From: an uncultured Gammaproteobacteria bacterium | GTDB taxonomy: Bacteria; Patescibacteriota; Microgenomatia; UBA1406; GWC2-37-13 | Direction of reading: 5' to 3' | Length of the DNA stretch: 64,000 bases | Assembly (NCBI GenBank): GCA_964562055.1 | Contig: CAZLSE010000001.1 | Location: 28,062 to 92,061, forward strand | Shown: positions 10,539 to 19,772 of the stretch, piece after piece | Layout of the letters: each line of letters opens with the position of its first letter | Numbering within the stretch: position 1 is the stretch's first letter | Notes under the pieces: model-generated | Told to the model about the DNA's origin: nothing | Databases searched by the model: none | The model's input: only the letters and a program-made list of their open reading frames with translations | Position numbers and translations under genes: made by a program

Positions 10539-11807
10539 TTAACCTAAGGAAAAATCACGACTTTCAAACGGTCCAATCATTGCACCATTCAATGTTTTTG
10601 AAACAAACAATTCTTTTGCAAGGTCTACAACTTCATTTTTTTGCACCTTCATAATGTGCTCAATTACACGTGAAGGATTGGCCACTTCTTTTTCAAGAAC
10701 AAATTTTGTTCCAAACATTGTAGCGATATTCATTGAGTCTTCAAGACTAAGTGCAAACCGACCCTTAACCAATTCTTTTGCGTCGGAAAGCTCTTTTTCA
10801 GTTATGTCTCCAGCTGCAATTTTCATGTGTTCATCGATTATGACATGAATTGCTTCTTGAATTTTATCTTTATCGTTTCGAATACCTGCTTGAGTGACGA
10901 TTGTGCCGGAATCGCTATATAACTCACGCCCGGTAGAGATGTAGTAGCATAATCCTCTTCTTTCACGCACCTGCATAAAAAGTCGAGATGACATGCCTCC
11001 GCCTAAAATTGCGGCTAGAAGTTGAAGTGCAAATTTGCGTTTGTCGCTAAATGAGAATGCGCGATACCCAAGTGAAATATGAACTTGTTCGGTTTTTTTG
11101 TTTTTTGCATAAAATTCAGGTTTGGTTTGTTTGTGAGTAAATAGTATTGGCTTGGGTGTTTCTTTATTAATCCATGTTCCGAATTTTTTCTCGATGTACG
11201 CGACATATTCTTCCTGTTTTCCCTGCAATCCACCTGCAAGAACAACTGTTGCATTGCTTGGGGCATAAAGCGCTTCCATATAGCTTGTAAAGGTTTCGCG
11301 ATTAAACGATGTTACTGTTTCTTTTGTGCCTGCAATATCATAGCCAAGTGGATTTCCCTTATAGACAACCTCTTCAAAAATATCTCCAACCTTACGCGCA
11401 GGCATATCCTCGTACATGTTTATCTCCTCAACTATAACCCCTTTCTCGCGCTCAATCTCTTCGGGATCAAGAAGCGATGCAAGAAGCATATCGGATAATA
11501 CATCGATTAGTTTGGTTGTATGGTCGTTTGTTGCTTTTATCCAGTACCCGGTATGATCCTTTGATGTAAACGCATTAAATATTCCACCAATTCCTTCTAT
11601 AGCGGATGATATGGCATATGAGCTTGGAAATTGCTTTGAACCCTTAAATGCCATATGTTCAAAAAAGTGAGCAATTCCGTTATTTTTTTTATTTTCATAC
11701 CTGCTTCCTGCTCCAACCATGACTAGTGCAGTAAGTGTTGGGAATGACTGTGTATCAACTAAAATGACTTGAAGCCCGTTTGAAAGTGTGCGTGATGTTG
11801 TTTGCAT
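10539..11807 (-). CDS. M16 (pitrilysin/insulinase) family zinc peptidase
   Basis: Inverted zinc motif HFFEHMAFKGS (HxxEH). The length and two-domain layout are typical of the M16B family. Confidence 0.9.
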   Translation of the reverse strand: MQTTSRTLSNGLQVILVDTQSFPTLTALVMVGAGSRYENKKNNGIAHFFEHMAFKGSKQFPSSYAISSAIEGIGGIFNAFTSKDHTGYWIKATNDHTTKLIDVLSDMLLASLLDPEEIEREKGVIVEEINMYEDMPARKVGDIFEEVVYKGNPLGYDIAGTKETVTSFNRETFTSYMEALYAPSNATVVLAGGLQGKQEEYVAYIEKKFGTWINKETPKPILFTHKQTKPEFYAKNKKTEQVHISLGYRAFSFSDKRKFALQLLAAILGGGMSSRLFMQVRERRGLCYYISTGRELYSDSGTIVTQAGIRNDKDKIQEAIHVIIDEHMKIAAGDITEKELSDAKELVKGRFALSLEDSMNIATMFGTKFVLEKEVANPSRVIEHIMKVQKNEVVDLAKELFVSKTLNGAMIGPFESRDFSLG

Positions 11808-11827
11808 AGGAAAAAATTATACAAGAT

Positions 11828-12613
11828 TTATCCCACACTTGTATACGAACGGAGAGCAAATTTCCAAAACATACGCGAAAGGATAAAAAGTATCATCGCA
11901 CTCACACAGAGAATAATGATATACCCCGCATTTATTTCACCAAGCAGTACCTTTACGGGCACCGCAACCACCAACATAAGTGGAATAAGCAAATAGAGAA
12001 GTAAATTTCCCGTTCGGAGTATCATTTCCACAGGATAGCGCGCAAATCCGTTAAACGTATACAAAAAATCAGAAAGATTATTTAAGTTCGGATACCAAAT
12101 TAATAACGAAGAAAAGAAAAACCAAAACGAAAAAATGACCACTATCCCGACTAACGCCAAAAGTAAAAACATACACACACCTTCAAGTGTTACCGGAAGC
12201 TGCCGATACTGTATCCACCAAATCATCGATCCAAGCCCGAGTGTGATGCGTACAAGGTTAGTGATCCGAATGCGGAGTGTTGAAACAAAAAATTGTGTAT
12301 CAATGGGTCGGAGAAGATAGGCATCAAGCCCGCCTCTATTCACCACATAGGAAAAATCCTCAAACCCGCGTGAAAAAAACAGATGAAATATGCCAATTAC
12401 AAGCACATATCCCATGGCCAGAAGCACAAGTTCGTCGCGGCTCCATCCATATACATGATGCACACGATCCGTGAGCATAAAAATCCAAGCAAGTTGAAAT
12501 ACACCCCATCCAGTTGAAGCAAGAGCTCCATTAATTGCGCTCACTCGATAGGCAAGCATATGCGCCACATTCATGTGAATAATAGCTTTATACACTCGAA
12601 TATATTTTTCCAT
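11828..12613 (-). CDS. ABC-2 type transporter permease (COG3694/COG4587-like)
   Basis: Polytopic membrane protein directly downstream of a paralogous permease and an ABC ATPase. The ATG at 12613 is 1 nt after the upstream TAA, so it is preferred over the longer track ORF. Confidence 0.65.
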   Translation of the reverse strand: MEKYIRVYKAIIHMNVAHMLAYRVSAINGALASTGWGVFQLAWIFMLTDRVHHVYGWSRDELVLLAMGYVLVIGIFHLFFSRGFEDFSYVVNRGGLDAYLLRPIDTQFFVSTLRIRITNLVRITLGLGSMIWWIQYRQLPVTLEGVCMFLLLALVGIVVIFSFWFFFSSLLIWYPNLNNLSDFLYTFNGFARYPVEMILRTGNLLLYLLIPLMLVVAVPVKVLLGEINAGYIIILCVSAMILFILSRMFWKFALRSYTSVG

Positions 12614-12614
12614 A

Positions 12615-13403
12615 TTATTGACCAACGGCCGTAAACTGACGTAATCCAAAAAACCACATTATTCTATTTACGATTACTATTCCCCCATACCATATAAGTT
12701 GCATGCCTAAAATATGAAACAGCTCCTCTGCATTGTAGATTCCCTGAACACTGGTTACGGGAAAATATCCCACATAAATAAATGGAAGTGAATGGGCGAT
12801 ATTTTTTAAGACTTCAGGGTAAAGCGGAATAGGTAATAGTCCTCCTGAAAAAATGATGGAGACTATCATAAACAACTCAGTGATTCCTCCAATTTCTTTA
12901 ATCCAAAAAGCTAAAAAAGCCAGACTTAACTTAATGGTATAGGAAAGTAAGTATCCCATGATAAAAATACATAGAGTAATCGGTATTGTTTCCGGACGTA
13001 TATTAATTGTAAGATTGCTTTTTGTAACTAACGCTATATACCCAACAATTAGCAGTGCATATGTGGCCTGGAGAACTCGATGAGGCAACTCTTCGAATAG
13101 TTGCATCCAGTAGTATGAAACTGGTTTAAGAAGATAGTTAATGAGCCCTCCTCGTTTAATATGAAGCTCGGAGACTTCGTATTCCACATGTGAACTTAAA
13201 AACAGTCCGCAGATGGTCATAAGAAAATAGTAAGTCGTAAGCGAAGATAACTGAGTTTGTTCTCCTTTTTGAAAAACCGCTCCTGTCCAAAATAAAATGA
13301 GCGTTAAATTGTTCATTATAGGCATAAGCAGCCATATGAATGACTTAAGTTTATACTCTAAAATTTCTTCGAATTGAAGACCAATTATTCGCAGCCATCT
13401 CAT
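12615..13403 (-). CDS. ABC-2 type transporter permease
   Basis: Six or more hydrophobic segments. Its start overlaps the stop of the ATPase gene by 4 nt (ATGA). Confidence 0.65.
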   Translation of the reverse strand: MRWLRIIGLQFEEILEYKLKSFIWLLMPIMNNLTLILFWTGAVFQKGEQTQLSSLTTYYFLMTICGLFLSSHVEYEVSELHIKRGGLINYLLKPVSYYWMQLFEELPHRVLQATYALLIVGYIALVTKSNLTINIRPETIPITLCIFIMGYLLSYTIKLSLAFLAFWIKEIGGITELFMIVSIIFSGGLLPIPLYPEVLKNIAHSLPFIYVGYFPVTSVQGIYNAEELFHILGMQLIWYGGIVIVNRIMWFFGLRQFTAVGQ

Positions 13404-14379
13404 ACCGTTTCGTTTTTAAATATTGTTCCAATGATTTCTTCTATTTGGGGCTCCTCAATAGTCAAATCACTAATCTGGTAATGCGACAGAAGATGATTGG
13501 TAAGGGATGCCGTTTTATCTTTTGGCACCTCAAACACAACTTGTTCATCTGTATACGAAACTATACGTGCAACATGTTCTAATTTTGCACGTTCAATGGG
13601 GTGCTCAAACATTACTGATATTTTTTTAAGTTGCGTATGTTTGCTTACAATATCGCTTAAACTGCCATCATATAAGAGCTTGCCATGGTTAATAATAATT
13701 ACTCGTTTGCATAGTTCTTTTACATCGTTCATGTAATGGCTTGTAAGTAGTATTGTAGAGGTGTGTTTTTTGTTATATTCCTTAATAAACGTCCGCATAC
13801 GTTGTTGTACCACAAGATCAAGTCCAATGGTAGGTTCATCAAGAAATAAAATTTTTGGTTTATGGAGAAGCTGAGCTGCTAGCTCACATTTCATTCGCTG
13901 TCCAAGCGATAACTTACGTACTTGAACGGTAAGAATGTCGTGCAGATCCATAAGATCTGATAAATCTGATACAGTCTTTTTAAAATCATTATCGCTTATG
14001 TCGTATATCTCTTTATAAAGAAGAAATGAATCAAGTGCTGGCAAATCCCACCACAGTTGATTTTTTTGACCCATGACGAGTGCGATTTGTTTGAGAAATG
14101 AATGATCTCTCTGAAAAGGAGTATGGCTTAGCACTTCCACGTTACCGCCTGAAGGGTAAATTAATCCCGAGAGACACTTAAGCGTTGTAGTTTTCCCTGC
14201 ACCGTTTGGACCAATAAAGCCAACCAATTCCCCTGCTCAATTGAAAAAGAGATATCATCAACTGCTTTTGAGAGTTCATACTCACGCTTAAAAAAGGATC
14301 GAACTGATCCAATAAGTCCCGGCGTCTTTTTATATATGCGAAAGTGTTTGGATAAATGTGAGACTTTTATAGTGTGCAT
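13400..14379 (-). pseudogene. ABC transporter ATP-binding protein (COG4586-like) split by a frameshift in a 4-nt G run (C4 at 14230-14233 on the + strand)
   Basis: The upstream frame reads MHTIKVSHLSKHF...ISFSIEQG. The downstream frame reads [22 protein letters not shown] (Walker A), LSLGQRMKCELA and LFLDEPTIGLD. A G5 run instead of G4 would restore [17 protein letters not shown]. Confidence 0.65.
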
Positions 14380-14387
14380 ACGAAGTG

Positions 14388-14460
14388 TGAGCCCACTGGG
14401 ACTCGAACCCAGAACCAACAGCTTAAAAGGCTGCTGCTCTACCAATTGAGCTATGGACCC
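14388..14460 (-). tRNA. tRNA-Lys (anticodon UUU)
   Basis: Hand-folded cloverleaf: GGGTCCA acceptor, GCTC/GAGC D stem, anticodon stem GCAGC/GCTGT with loop CTTTTAA, T arm CTGGG-TTCGAGT-CCCAG. 73 nt, no encoded CCA. Confidence 0.85.
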
Positions 14461-14513
14461 TATTCCCGTTATTGTACCAATTTAGGCTTCGTTATTCAAA
14501 CTCTTGTTACCTT

Positions 14514-16370
14514 TCAAACAGACTCTTGCTGACTTTCTCGTATCTGACGCATACGCCTGTCGCTTACCCTTCGCATAGTTGACTGAAGGATGCGTTTTCG
14601 CATACGCAGTGAGATAGGTGTTATTTCCAACAGTTCATCATCGTTGATAAAATCAAGGCTTTGTTCCAGAGTAAGTCGCGTTGCAGGAACTATACCCACC
14701 GATACTCCTTCACCTGCTGAACGGTTATTGGTAAGCTGTTTTTCTTTACAGACGTTAACTTCAATATCATCCATTTTATTTGCAACCCCCACCACCATAC
14801 CTTCGTATACCACGTCTCCGTGCGCAACAAAAAGTATACCGCGTGCCTGAACTTTGCCAATTGCATAGTTGGCAGCTTCACCGCTTTTTACCGCCACAAG
14901 GCTTCCGTTTCGTGTGTCGTCCATACGCTGACCCTTAGGGAAATACCCTAAGAAAAATGAATGAAGCGTAGCAGTGCCCCTCGTTTTGGTAAGAAGTGAG
15001 TTACGAATACCGAGTAAATTTTGACTTGCAATGCGATAGACAATTCTCGTTCGACTGCCACCTTCTTTTTTCATATCTAACATACTTGCTTTGCGTTTTC
15101 CCATTTCTTCAGTAATAATGCCAAAATACTCTTCATCTACTTCAATTGTTACTTCTTCATATGGTTCACAAATTTCACCATCGATTGTTTTGTAGATAAC
15201 TTGAGGTTTTGAAACCTCCATTTCATATCCTTCACGTCGCATCTCTTCAAGAAGCACTGCAAGGTGAAGTTCGCCTCTACCTGAAACGATAAATCCCACA
15301 CCTTCTTTATCGTCTTCTACACGTAGACCAAGATTGGTCTCAATTTCTTTGTATAAACGTTCACGAAGTTTACGTGATGTACTAAATTTACCCTCTTTGC
15401 CTCCAAACGGACTCGTGTTTGGACCAACGCTTATTTTAATTGTTGGATCTTCAACCGCAATATGCGGCATACTCTGTGGAAATTCTGGATCACATACCGT
15501 TTGGCCAATTGTCAGCTCTGGAATTCCGGCAAGAGTGGCAATATCACCTGATGTAGCCTCGTCCACTTCTACTCTGTCTAGACCCGCAGTAGTAAATAAC
15601 TTAGCAATTTTATATGTGCCGAGTGTTTTATCGTGTTCGCCAACTACCGCAACCGTTTGATCTTTTTTGAGAGTACCTTGTGAAATTTTTCCAATACAAA
15701 GCCTTCCTACATAATTATCATAGTCAAGGGTACTTATCTGCATCTGAAGTGGTTTATCTGCATTTATGTTTACATTGGGAAATTCTTTAAGTATCGTTTC
15801 AAAAAGTGGAGTAAGATCACCCGGTTTAGTTGCGTCGTATTTTTCTGGAAGGGTATAAAATGCTTTACCATCTCGACCAACGGAAAAAAGAGTGGTGAAT
15901 TCAAGTGATGAATCGTCTTCCGCAAGATCTAAAAACAGTGTTTCAATTTCTGAGATTATTTCGAGTGGTCGTGCATCACGTTTATCAATTTTATTGATAA
16001 CAAGAATAATTTTAAGTCCCGCCTGAAGCGCTTTTTTTAACACAAATTTTGTTTGTGGTAAAGGACCTTCTGCAGCATCAACTAAAAGGATAGCTCCGGA
16101 CGCCATTGTAATTGTGCGCTCAACTTCTCCAGCAAAGTCAGCGTGTCCAGGTGTATCGATAATATTTATCTTTGTATTTTTATAAAATACAGACGTGTTT
16201 TTTGCAAGAATAGTGATACCTCGTTCACGCTCTAAGTCATTACTGTCCATAATGAGCGTTTCCAACATCTCTTTCTGATTATCGCGGAATGTTTTTGTCT
16301 GTTTCAAAAGCGCGTCCACAAGCGTAGTTTTTCCATGGTCTACGTGCGCAATAATGACGATATTTCGCAT
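14514..16370 (-). CDS. typA: Translational GTPase TypA/BipA
   Basis: MRNIVIIAHVDHGKTTLVDALL (G1), DTPGHADF (G3), NKIDK (G4), with EF-G-like domains. The start is set at the Met preceding the G1 motif; the track ORF extends to 16400 from a GTG. Confidence 0.9.
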   Translation of the reverse strand: MRNIVIIAHVDHGKTTLVDALLKQTKTFRDNQKEMLETLIMDSNDLERERGITILAKNTSVFYKNTKINIIDTPGHADFAGEVERTITMASGAILLVDAAEGPLPQTKFVLKKALQAGLKIILVINKIDKRDARPLEIISEIETLFLDLAEDDSSLEFTTLFSVGRDGKAFYTLPEKYDATKPGDLTPLFETILKEFPNVNINADKPLQMQISTLDYDNYVGRLCIGKISQGTLKKDQTVAVVGEHDKTLGTYKIAKLFTTAGLDRVEVDEATSGDIATLAGIPELTIGQTVCDPEFPQSMPHIAVEDPTIKISVGPNTSPFGGKEGKFSTSRKLRERLYKEIETNLGLRVEDDKEGVGFIVSGRGELHLAVLLEEMRREGYEMEVSKPQVIYKTIDGEICEPYEEVTIEVDEEYFGIITEEMGKRKASMLDMKKEGGSRTRIVYRIASQNLLGIRNSLLTKTRGTATLHSFFLGYFPKGQRMDDTRNGSLVAVKSGEAANYAIGKVQARGILFVAHGDVVYEGMVVGVANKMDDIEVNVCKEKQLTNNRSAGEGVSVGIVPATRLTLEQSLDFINDDELLEITPISLRMRKRILQSTMRRVSDRRMRQIRESQQESV

Positions 16371-16489
16371 TTCCATACTGATTATTTGTATGAGAGGCAC
16401 TTATGCTACCTAAACGGAGGCTAAAAAGGTCCGATCTCATGAGACTATTAACGTAAGCAGTAATTATACACTACTTTTGGTAAATAGTG

Positions 16490-16560
16490 TTGCCCAGCCT
16501 GGATTTGAACCAGGATAATCAGATCCAGAGTCTGATGTCCTACCGTTAGACGACCGGGCA
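16490..16560 (-). tRNA. tRNA-Gln (anticodon CUG)
   Basis: Hand-folded: acceptor TGCCCGG/CTGGGCA with the U1-A72 pair typical of bacterial tRNA-Gln, anticodon stem TCAGA/TCTGA, loop CTCTGGA, T arm CCTGG-TTCAAAT-CCAGG. Confidence 0.75.
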
Positions 16561-16564
16561 AGCC

Positions 16565-19500
16565 CTATGATTTTACCACAAAGTTAGCTATCTTCCCTTT
16601 TACATAAATAAGTTTGTATTGCTTACCCTCAAGATATTTTTTCAAGCCAACATCGGATTGTACTGTTTTTTCAACCATATCTTGTGTCGGCTCTCCCTGG
16701 ATGGTTATTGTTCCTCTGAATTTGCCATTTATCTGAATCGGAACAGTTACTGACGTCTGTTTTATATCAACTTTTGTTTGGGTTGGCCATTGTGAACTAT
16801 GAATCGACGATGTTTCTCCATACATTCTCCATATTTTCTCAGTCACAAACGGTGCAAATGGTGCTAATATTTGAAGAAATTTCTTTGCTTCATCCCATGA
16901 AAGACTTTCGACCTTCGACTTTTGACTTTCGACTACAGACTCATATTCATTCAGAAATTCCATCATGGCGGCTATTGCGGTATTAAATTTGGTCTGTGCA
17001 ATATCATCTCCCACTTTTTGAATAGTCTTGTTGAGCTTGGCAACCAGTTCAGAATCGGACTTTTGACTTTCGACCTTGGACTTTTGACTTGTATAGAGAT
17101 TCCACACTCTTTTTATAAATCGGTGTGCACCCTGAAGAGCAGATGTTGACCACGCAATTTCCATATTAAAAGGGGCCATAAACATCTCATAGATTCTAAG
17201 CGTATCCGCTCCATATTGGGCAACCACATCATCGGGATTAATGGTGTTTCCCCACGACTTACTCATTTTTCGGTGATCTTCAGCAAGCACCATGCCGACA
17301 TTCCTAAGTCGTAAAAATGGTTCTGGAAAGGTAAGGAGCCCCAAATCCTGAAGAGCCTTCACCCAAAACCGCGCGTACAATAAATGGAGCACAGCATGTT
17401 CTGCTCCACCCAAATACCAGTCAACCGGTAACCAACCAGCGTCCTTCGAGCTCCTAGAGTTTTGACTAGCAAGCCACTCATTTTTCAAATTTTGATATTT
17501 GATTTTTGATTTTTGATTTTTTACTCCAATTTGCATCACAAATTGGAGAAAGTACCAACAACTTCCCGCCCAGTTAGGCATGGTGTCTGTTTCACGCGAT
17601 GCCTTACCGCCACACAGTGGACACGACACTTCTTTAAATCCGCTTATTGCCGTTAATGGCGACTCACCTGTGTCGGTTGGCTCGTACGATTTTGTATAAG
17701 GAAGTTCAAGGGGTAGTTCCGACTCATCAATCATGGTCCATCCCTTTACTGAGCGTACCTCAATAAACCGCAGTAACTCAAATTGTTCTTTGCTGTCTTT
17801 TGTCCCCGCACTAAAATGAGCTTTCCCTGGAACTACATGTACATTTTCCGCTCCAAATATCTGTTCTGCAAACGGTCTCATTTCTTTGGGAAGATATGGG
17901 TCGTTTTCGCCAAACACAACTGTAATTTTTCGCACATTCTTCTTAATCTTTTCCCAATCGATGGCATGATTGTTATAAAGTGTATCGAGTGCGTCGCCTG
18001 TTTTTTGATCAAACGCATTAACTAAGATGGGTTTATATGCGGAATCCACATAAAGCACCGGAGCAACCAAAACAAGCTGATCTATTTTGTTTTCTTGTGC
18101 AATGTGTAGTGCGGTACCCGCTCCGCTTGAATGACCAATAATTATTGATGACGGCCGTGTATATTGTGAGTAGTTTGAGCGTAAAAATGCCATTCTCTCC
18201 TCAAATTTTGGAAGCTTGGCATCCGGTAGAGTTGGCGACACTGCCTCAACTCCACTTAATTTCAGATGATTTACCAGCCATGGAAACCAATTTCCATTCC
18301 CATTACCCCAAGTGCCGTGAATAATGAGTGCGTTCGTATCTTGTCTGTTCTTTTCGCATACATCACAATGAACCATTGGGATAGGTTCACCCCAGTATCG
18401 TTGTCGTGAAAATATCCAGTCACGAAGATGATAGGTTACCGTACGCTTACCCCATCCTTTATCTTCAAGATAGTCCATTACTTTCTGAGTTGCTTCGTGA
18501 ATGTCTAGTCCATTTAAAAATTCAGAGTTAATCATTGTGCCCTCTTCCTCTTGTACCTGTTCTTTTTTGGTGATAAGGCCAGTATCGCCATCTTTTCCTT
18601 TAACAACGCGCAATACATCAATTCCAAACTCTGTAGCAAATTCAAAGTCACGAAGATCATGACCCGGAACGCCCACAACAGCACCAGTCCCAAATCCAGC
18701 CAATACAAAGTCAGAAATCCAAATAGGCATTTCACGTCCGTTTAAGTTATTGATAGCATAAAATCCGGTAAACACACCTGTTTTTTTTCTCCCCTCTGCA
18801 GATCGCTCCATTTCATTTTTTGCTTTAGCTTTCTCAATATAATCTTTAATCTCTTTTAAGTGTGTACCTTCCGCCTTTAATTCTGAACTCAGTAGTTTAC
18901 CTACGAATGGGTGTTCGGGAGCTATAACAATAAACGTTGCCCCAAAATTAGTATCTGGCCGAGTGGTAAAGCAGATAATTGTCTCTGTTGAATCCTTAAT
19001 TGTATACTCAATATTTATCCCCTCTTTCTTGCCAATCCAGTTCCGTTGCATTTCCAATATCCCTCGTGGCCAGTCAAGCAAGTCAAGATCCTTGAGAAGT
19101 CTATCTGCATACGCAGTTATTCTAAAAATCCATTGAGGAAGTTCTTTTTTAGTTATTTCCGACCCACACCGCTCGTGAGTACCATTTGCAAGCACTTCCT
19201 CCTCGGCAAGACCTGTTTTACACTTCGGACAGAAATTTATAGGCGTATTGCGTTTGTACAACAGTCCCATCTTAAAAAACTGCATAAAAAGCCACTGTGT
19301 CCATTTGTAGTAGCTTGGATCGGTGGTAGAAAACTCTCGACTCCAGTCATACGAATACCCAAGCATGTTCATCTGTCTTTTAAAGTTTGCAATATTACCC
19401 GGTACCATATCCATGGGATTTTTTTTCGCTTTAATTGCGGCATTCTCTGCCGGCAACCCAAATGCGTCCCAACCCATAGGATGTAACACATCTTTTCCCG

Positions 19501-19711
19501 TCATTTTAAAATAGCGGGCCAATACATCTGTGCCTGTATATATACGAACGTGACCAACATGAAGTCCAGCTCCTGAGGGATACGGAAACATTGATAGACA
19601 ATATGATTTATTTTCCTGACTTTCGACTGTCGAATAAACCTTTTCCTTCTCCCATAGCTCCAGCATTTTAGCTTCAAATTCTGTTGGGTTATATTTTTCT
19701 GATTCGTCCAT
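16565..19711 (-). CDS. leuS: Leucyl-tRNA synthetase with an inserted alpha/beta-hydrolase domain and several repeat-derived loops
   Basis: HIGH motif (HVGHVRIY), CP1 editing motifs (TTRPDT, GTGAVVGVPGHDLRDFEFA), KMSKS (RKMSKSWGN). The start is set at MDESEKYNPTEFEAKMLELW, which matches the canonical LeuRS N-terminus. Confidence 0.9.
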   Translation of the reverse strand: MDESEKYNPTEFEAKMLELWEKEKVYSTVESQENKSYCLSMFPYPSGAGLHVGHVRIYTGTDVLARYFKMTGKDVLHPMGWDAFGLPAENAAIKAKKNPMDMVPGNIANFKRQMNMLGYSYDWSREFSTTDPSYYKWTQWLFMQFFKMGLLYKRNTPINFCPKCKTGLAEEEVLANGTHERCGSEITKKELPQWIFRITAYADRLLKDLDLLDWPRGILEMQRNWIGKKEGINIEYTIKDSTETIICFTTRPDTNFGATFIVIAPEHPFVGKLLSSELKAEGTHLKEIKDYIEKAKAKNEMERSAEGRKKTGVFTGFYAINNLNGREMPIWISDFVLAGFGTGAVVGVPGHDLRDFEFATEFGIDVLRVVKGKDGDTGLITKKEQVQEEEGTMINSEFLNGLDIHEATQKVMDYLEDKGWGKRTVTYHLRDWIFSRQRYWGEPIPMVHCDVCEKNRQDTNALIIHGTWGNGNGNWFPWLVNHLKLSGVEAVSPTLPDAKLPKFEERMAFLRSNYSQYTRPSSIIIGHSSGAGTALHIAQENKIDQLVLVAPVLYVDSAYKPILVNAFDQKTGDALDTLYNNHAIDWEKIKKNVRKITVVFGENDPYLPKEMRPFAEQIFGAENVHVVPGKAHFSAGTKDSKEQFELLRFIEVRSVKGWTMIDESELPLELPYTKSYEPTDTGESPLTAISGFKEVSCPLCGGKASRETDTMPNWAGSCWYFLQFVMQIGVKNQKSKIKYQNLKNEWLASQNSRSSKDAGWLPVDWYLGGAEHAVLHLLYARFWVKALQDLGLLTFPEPFLRLRNVGMVLAEDHRKMSKSWGNTINPDDVVAQYGADTLRIYEMFMAPFNMEIAWSTSALQGAHRFIKRVWNLYTSQKSKVESQKSDSELVAKLNKTIQKVGDDIAQTKFNTAIAAMMEFLNEYESVVESQKSKVESLSWDEAKKFLQILAPFAPFVTEKIWRMYGETSSIHSSQWPTQTKVDIKQTSVTVPIQINGKFRGTITIQGEPTQDMVEKTVQSDVGLKKYLEGKQYKLIYVKGKIANFVVKS
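16906..16940. repeat. Heptamer micro-array, TTTCGAC family, 5 units, inside leuS
   Basis: TTTCGAC CTTCGAC TTTTGAC TTTCGAC TACAGAC on the + strand. Encodes VVESQKSKVESLS on the minus strand. Confidence 0.8.
17054..17088. repeat. Heptamer micro-array, TTTCGAC family, 5 units, inside leuS
   Basis: ATCGGAC TTTTGAC TTTCGAC CTTGGAC TTTTGAC. Encodes TSQKSKVESQKSDSE. Confidence 0.8.
17484..17525. repeat. Heptamer micro-array, TTTGATT variant, 6 units, inside leuS
   Basis: TTCAAAT TTTGATA TTTGATT TTTGATT TTTGATT TTTTACT. Encodes KNQKSKIKYQNLKNE. Confidence 0.75.
19614..19634. repeat. Heptamer micro-array, TTTCGAC family, 3 units, inside the leuS 5' region
   Basis: TCCTGAC TTTCGAC TGTCGAA. Encodes STVESQE. 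Confidence 0.6.
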
Positions 19712-19772
19712 ATATATCAATTTTGGTATAAAATTGTAAATTTTTATGTACTTAATAAATGAATATAATTCA

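Noticed and set aside
14380-14445. N-terminal extension of the ABC ATPase ORF (track start at 14445)
   Set aside because: The extension overlaps tRNA-Lys (14388-14460) on the same strand. The ATG at 14379 gives the canonical MHTIKVSHLSKHF start.
17744-18355. Intein as the explanation for the LeuRS insertion
   Set aside because: There is no N-terminal Cys/Ser splice junction, no HNF/HNC C-terminal block and no endonuclease motifs. The insert instead has a GxSxG/Asp/His hydrolase pattern.
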